Source: an uncultured bacterium (GTDB taxonomy: Bacteria; Pseudomonadota; Gammaproteobacteria; Burkholderiales; JACQAP01). Taken from it: 64,000 nt of DNA. Below the pieces are notes generated by a model that made no database searches, had not been told where the DNA came from, and was given only the letters and a program-made list of their open reading frames with translations. Shown piece by piece: positions 62,027 through 64,000 of the stretch. The position numbers and the translations under genes were made by a program. Each line of letters begins with the position of its first letter. Position 1 is the stretch's first letter. The stretch covers positions 28,765 through 92,764 of the forward strand of contig CBDDRM010000028.1 in NCBI GenBank assembly GCA_965233135.1, written 5' to 3'.

Positions 62027-62100
62027 GTGAGCGCCGTTGGTTCCTTTGCTGAGCCTGGCCTGTCCACGGGGGACGGTCGCAGCGCTCCTCAGCGAGCCGC
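62027..62100 (-). promoter_or_regulatory. SAH riboswitch aptamer (S-adenosylhomocysteine-responsive, RF01057 type) in the ahcY leader
   Basis: The minus strand reads GCGGCUCGCUGAGGAGCGCUGCGACCGUCCCCCGUGGACAGGCCAGGCUCAGCAAAGGAACCAACGGCGCUCAC. This contains the conserved GAGGAGCGCUGCGAC ... CAGGCUC ... AACGGCGCUCAC blocks of the SAH element and lies immediately 5' of ahcY. Confidence 0.8.
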
Positions 62101-62101
62101 C

Positions 62102-62129
62102 AGTATAGCGCAGCAGTGTGCCCTTGGAA
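62102..62129 (-). promoter_or_regulatory. Candidate sigma70 promoter for the riboswitch-ahcY transcript
   Basis: On the minus strand, TTCCAA (62129-62124) is followed by a 16-nt spacer and TATACT (62107-62102), just upstream of the aptamer. Confidence 0.3.
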
Positions 62130-62150
62130 AAGCCGCCTTTTGTGGCGGCA
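62124..62150 (-). terminator. Rho-independent terminator after metK
   Basis: On the minus strand, gccgcc acaaaa ggcggc is followed by ttttcc, 10 nt after the metK stop. Confidence 0.6.
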
Positions 62151-62159
62151 ACAGTCCGT

Positions 62160-63341
62160 TCAGGCCACCGCCGGCTGCTTCAGCGCCGCGTCGGCCTTGA
62201 GGACCTCGGTCTTGTCGAGGTTCTCCCACGAAAATTCGGGTTCATCCCGGCCAAAATGGCCGTAGGCCGCCGTCTTTTCGTAAATCGGACGCAACAAGTC
62301 GAGCATGGCAACGATGCCTTTCGGGCGCAGGTCGAAGTGCTTTTGCACCAGTTGCGCGATTCGTTCATCGGCAATCTTGCCGGTGCCGAACGTCGTGACC
62401 ATGACGCTGGTGGGTTTCGCCACGCCAATGGCATACGACACCTGGATCTGACACCGGGTTGCGAGACCGGCGGCAACGATATTCTTCGCCACGTAACGCG
62501 CCGCATACGCTGCCGAGCGGTCAACCTTCGAGGGGTCCTTGCCGGAGAATGCGCCGCCGCCGTGAGGCGCCGCGCCGCCGTAGGTATCGACGATGATTTT
62601 GCGCCCGGTCAAGCCGCAGTCGCCTTGCGGCCCGCCCACTACGAATCGACCCGTCGGATTGATCAGATAGTTGATCGCGCCTTTGATCATGTTCCTGGGC
62701 AGCACCGGTTTGATGATCTCTTCGATCACGGCTTCGCGGATCTTGTCCAGCGAAATGTCGGGTGCGTGCTGAGTGGACAACACTACGGTGTCGATGGAAT
62801 CGGGCTTGCCATTGACGTAGCGCACGGTGACTTGTGATTTCGCATCCGGGCGCAACCAGGGCAATCGGCCGTCGCGGCGCAAGTCCGACTGGCGCTCGAC
62901 CAGGCGGTGCGCCAGGTAAATCGGCAGCGGCATCAGCACGGGCGTTTCGTCGCAGGCATAACCGAACATCAACCCTTGGTCGCCGGCGCCCTGGTTGAGG
63001 GGATCGTCCTGTGCTTTGTTGACTCCTTGCGCTATATCGGGCGATTGCTTGTCGTAGGCCACCAGCACCGCGCAGCCGCGATAGTCGATGCCGTAGTCGG
63101 TATTGTCGTAACCGATGCGTTTGATAGTTTCGCGTGCGATCTGCTGGAAATCGACCACCGCGTGCGTGGTGATCTCACCGGCCATGACCACCAGTCCCGT
63201 GTTGACCAGGGTTTCGGCCGCTACTCGCGCAAATTTGTCCTGGGTTAAGATGGCGTCCAGCACGGCGTCGGATATCTGATCCGCTACCTTATCGGGGTGG
63301 CCTTCGGATACCGACTCGGAAGTGAAGAGAAAATCGCTCAT
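62160..63341 (-). CDS. metK: S-adenosylmethionine synthetase
   Basis: 393 aa with [25 protein letters not shown] and [19 protein letters not shown]. Confidence 0.95.
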   Translation of the reverse strand: MSDFLFTSESVSEGHPDKVADQISDAVLDAILTQDKFARVAAETLVNTGLVVMAGEITTHAVVDFQQIARETIKRIGYDNTDYGIDYRGCAVLVAYDKQSPDIAQGVNKAQDDPLNQGAGDQGLMFGYACDETPVLMPLPIYLAHRLVERQSDLRRDGRLPWLRPDAKSQVTVRYVNGKPDSIDTVVLSTQHAPDISLDKIREAVIEEIIKPVLPRNMIKGAINYLINPTGRFVVGGPQGDCGLTGRKIIVDTYGGAAPHGGGAFSGKDPSKVDRSAAYAARYVAKNIVAAGLATRCQIQVSYAIGVAKPTSVMVTTFGTGKIADERIAQLVQKHFDLRPKGIVAMLDLLRPIYEKTAAYGHFGRDEPEFSWENLDKTEVLKADAALKQPAVA

Positions 63342-63425
63342 TGGTTATTCTGCGCTACGTCATTCGGGCCGGTCAGGATAGCAAAAAGCCGTTAAAAGAA
63401 CAAAACGGGACAACGACGAACGTAC

Positions 63426-64000
63426 ATGCTTATAGGGCTATTGCGGCAGGTGGCGAAACTGCCGCTGTCCTGGATCCACGCGGCAGGCGGCGCGCTGGGC
63501 TGGATGGTATATCACCTTTCCGACGAGTACGCTTCGCGCCTGCGCGCAAACCTGCGCCAAAGCGGGCTCTGGCAGGACGAGAAAGACTTTCAGCGCATCC
63601 TTCGGCGAAACATTCGCGAGTCGGGCAAGGCTGGAACGGAATTGATTCCGGTCTGGTTCCGCCCGGTTCCCGACGCCCTGGATCTGGTAGTGCGCGCCGG
63701 ACCCACTGCGCTGGTCGAAGCCGCCGAGCGACGCGGACGCGGCGTGATCTATGTGACGCCCCATCTGGGCTGTTTCGACGCAGCAGCGCTGTGGGTGGCG
63801 CAGCGCCGCCCGATCACGGTGCTGTACCGCCCGCCCAGAATAAAGGCATTGCAACCGCTTATCGAGGCCGGGCGCGGGCGCGGTCGGGTCCAGTTGGCGC
63901 CAGCCGGAATCGGGGGTGTGCGTCTGTTGTTGAAAGCGTTGCGGCGCGGCGAGGCGGTTGGCATTCTGCCCGACCAGGTGCCTGCGCTGGGCGAAGGCGT
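63426..64000 (+). CDS. Lipid A biosynthesis (lauroyl/myristoyl) acyltransferase family protein; the 3' end is cut by the window edge
   Basis: It is absent from the ORF track because it has no stop codon in the window. Manual translation from the ATG at 63426 gives MLIGLLRQVAKLPLSWIHAAGGALGWMVYHLSDEYASRLRANL...GVIYVTPHLGCFDAAAL...GEAVGILPDQ, the LpxL/HtrB family pattern including the HxxxxD motif. It is divergent from metK. Confidence 0.78.
   Translation, partial: MLIGLLRQVAKLPLSWIHAAGGALGWMVYHLSDEYASRLRANLRQSGLWQDEKDFQRILRRNIRESGKAGTELIPVWFRPVPDALDLVVRAGPTALVEAAERRGRGVIYVTPHLGCFDAAALWVAQRRPITVLYRPPRIKALQPLIEAGRGRGRVQLAPAGIGGVRLLLKALRRGEAVGILPDQVPALGEG

Noticed and set aside
63342-63425. A SAM-responsive riboswitch (SAM-II, SAM-V or SAM/SAH) in the 84-nt metK leader.
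   Set aside because: I could not find the AAAGCU pseudoknot core or other consensus blocks. The spacer also has to hold the divergent lpxL-family promoter. An Infernal scan would be needed to exclude this formally.

Overview
This window looks like a GC-rich chromosomal core region. The synteny suggests a betaproteobacterium, but that is inference, since no database search was possible. About 60 protein genes are packed tightly on both strands, with one tRNA-Ala(CGC), one SAH riboswitch and several intrinsic terminators. I found no IS elements, integrases, CRISPR arrays or prophage genes.

Recognisable blocks, in order:
- hemB, engB, cytochrome c4, hemL-thiE-thiD, rubredoxin-gloA
- rsmA-surA-lptD, divergent from amgK-murU-pepP-ubiH
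- dusB-fis, purH-purD-hemF
- livKHMGF, followed by a CFA-synthase-like methyltransferase and a DHCR24-like FAD reductase
- cytochrome c551, yyaL-ubiD-SDR-ubiA, ridA-recG, kup
- a small TPR protein, DUF429, tRNA-Ala, SapC
- lgt, and the RNB-tonB-like-aroE-mtgA run
- yqiA-like esterase, Tat-signal formamidase-family protein, mpl
- DUF185 methyltransferase, FolM-like SDR, FolB/FolX-like protein, ttcA, class-V aminotransferase
- metK, SAH riboswitch, ahcY, metF
- a truncated lpxL-family gene at the right edge

The most interesting locus is 54039-59557. It is a six-gene, translationally coupled operon. A CHASE2-sensor class III cyclase is followed by two tandem pairs, each a secreted SH3b-like protein plus an M48 lipoprotein metalloprotease, and then by a YraR/HTATIP2-like NAD(P)-binding protein. 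I do not recognise this architecture as a described system.

Other points worth a second look:
- the predicted two-gene mid-chain methyl-branched fatty-acid module (19954-22525)
- an SDR between ubiD and ubiA in which the Ser, Tyr and Lys catalytic residues are all replaced
- an orphan plus-strand terminator with a possible sRNA between hemB and engB
- a Tat-signal acetamidase/formamidase-family protein

All product calls rest on motifs and family resemblance read by eye. Start codons were refined from the sequence, because the ORF track uses the longest ATG/GTG/TTG extension.
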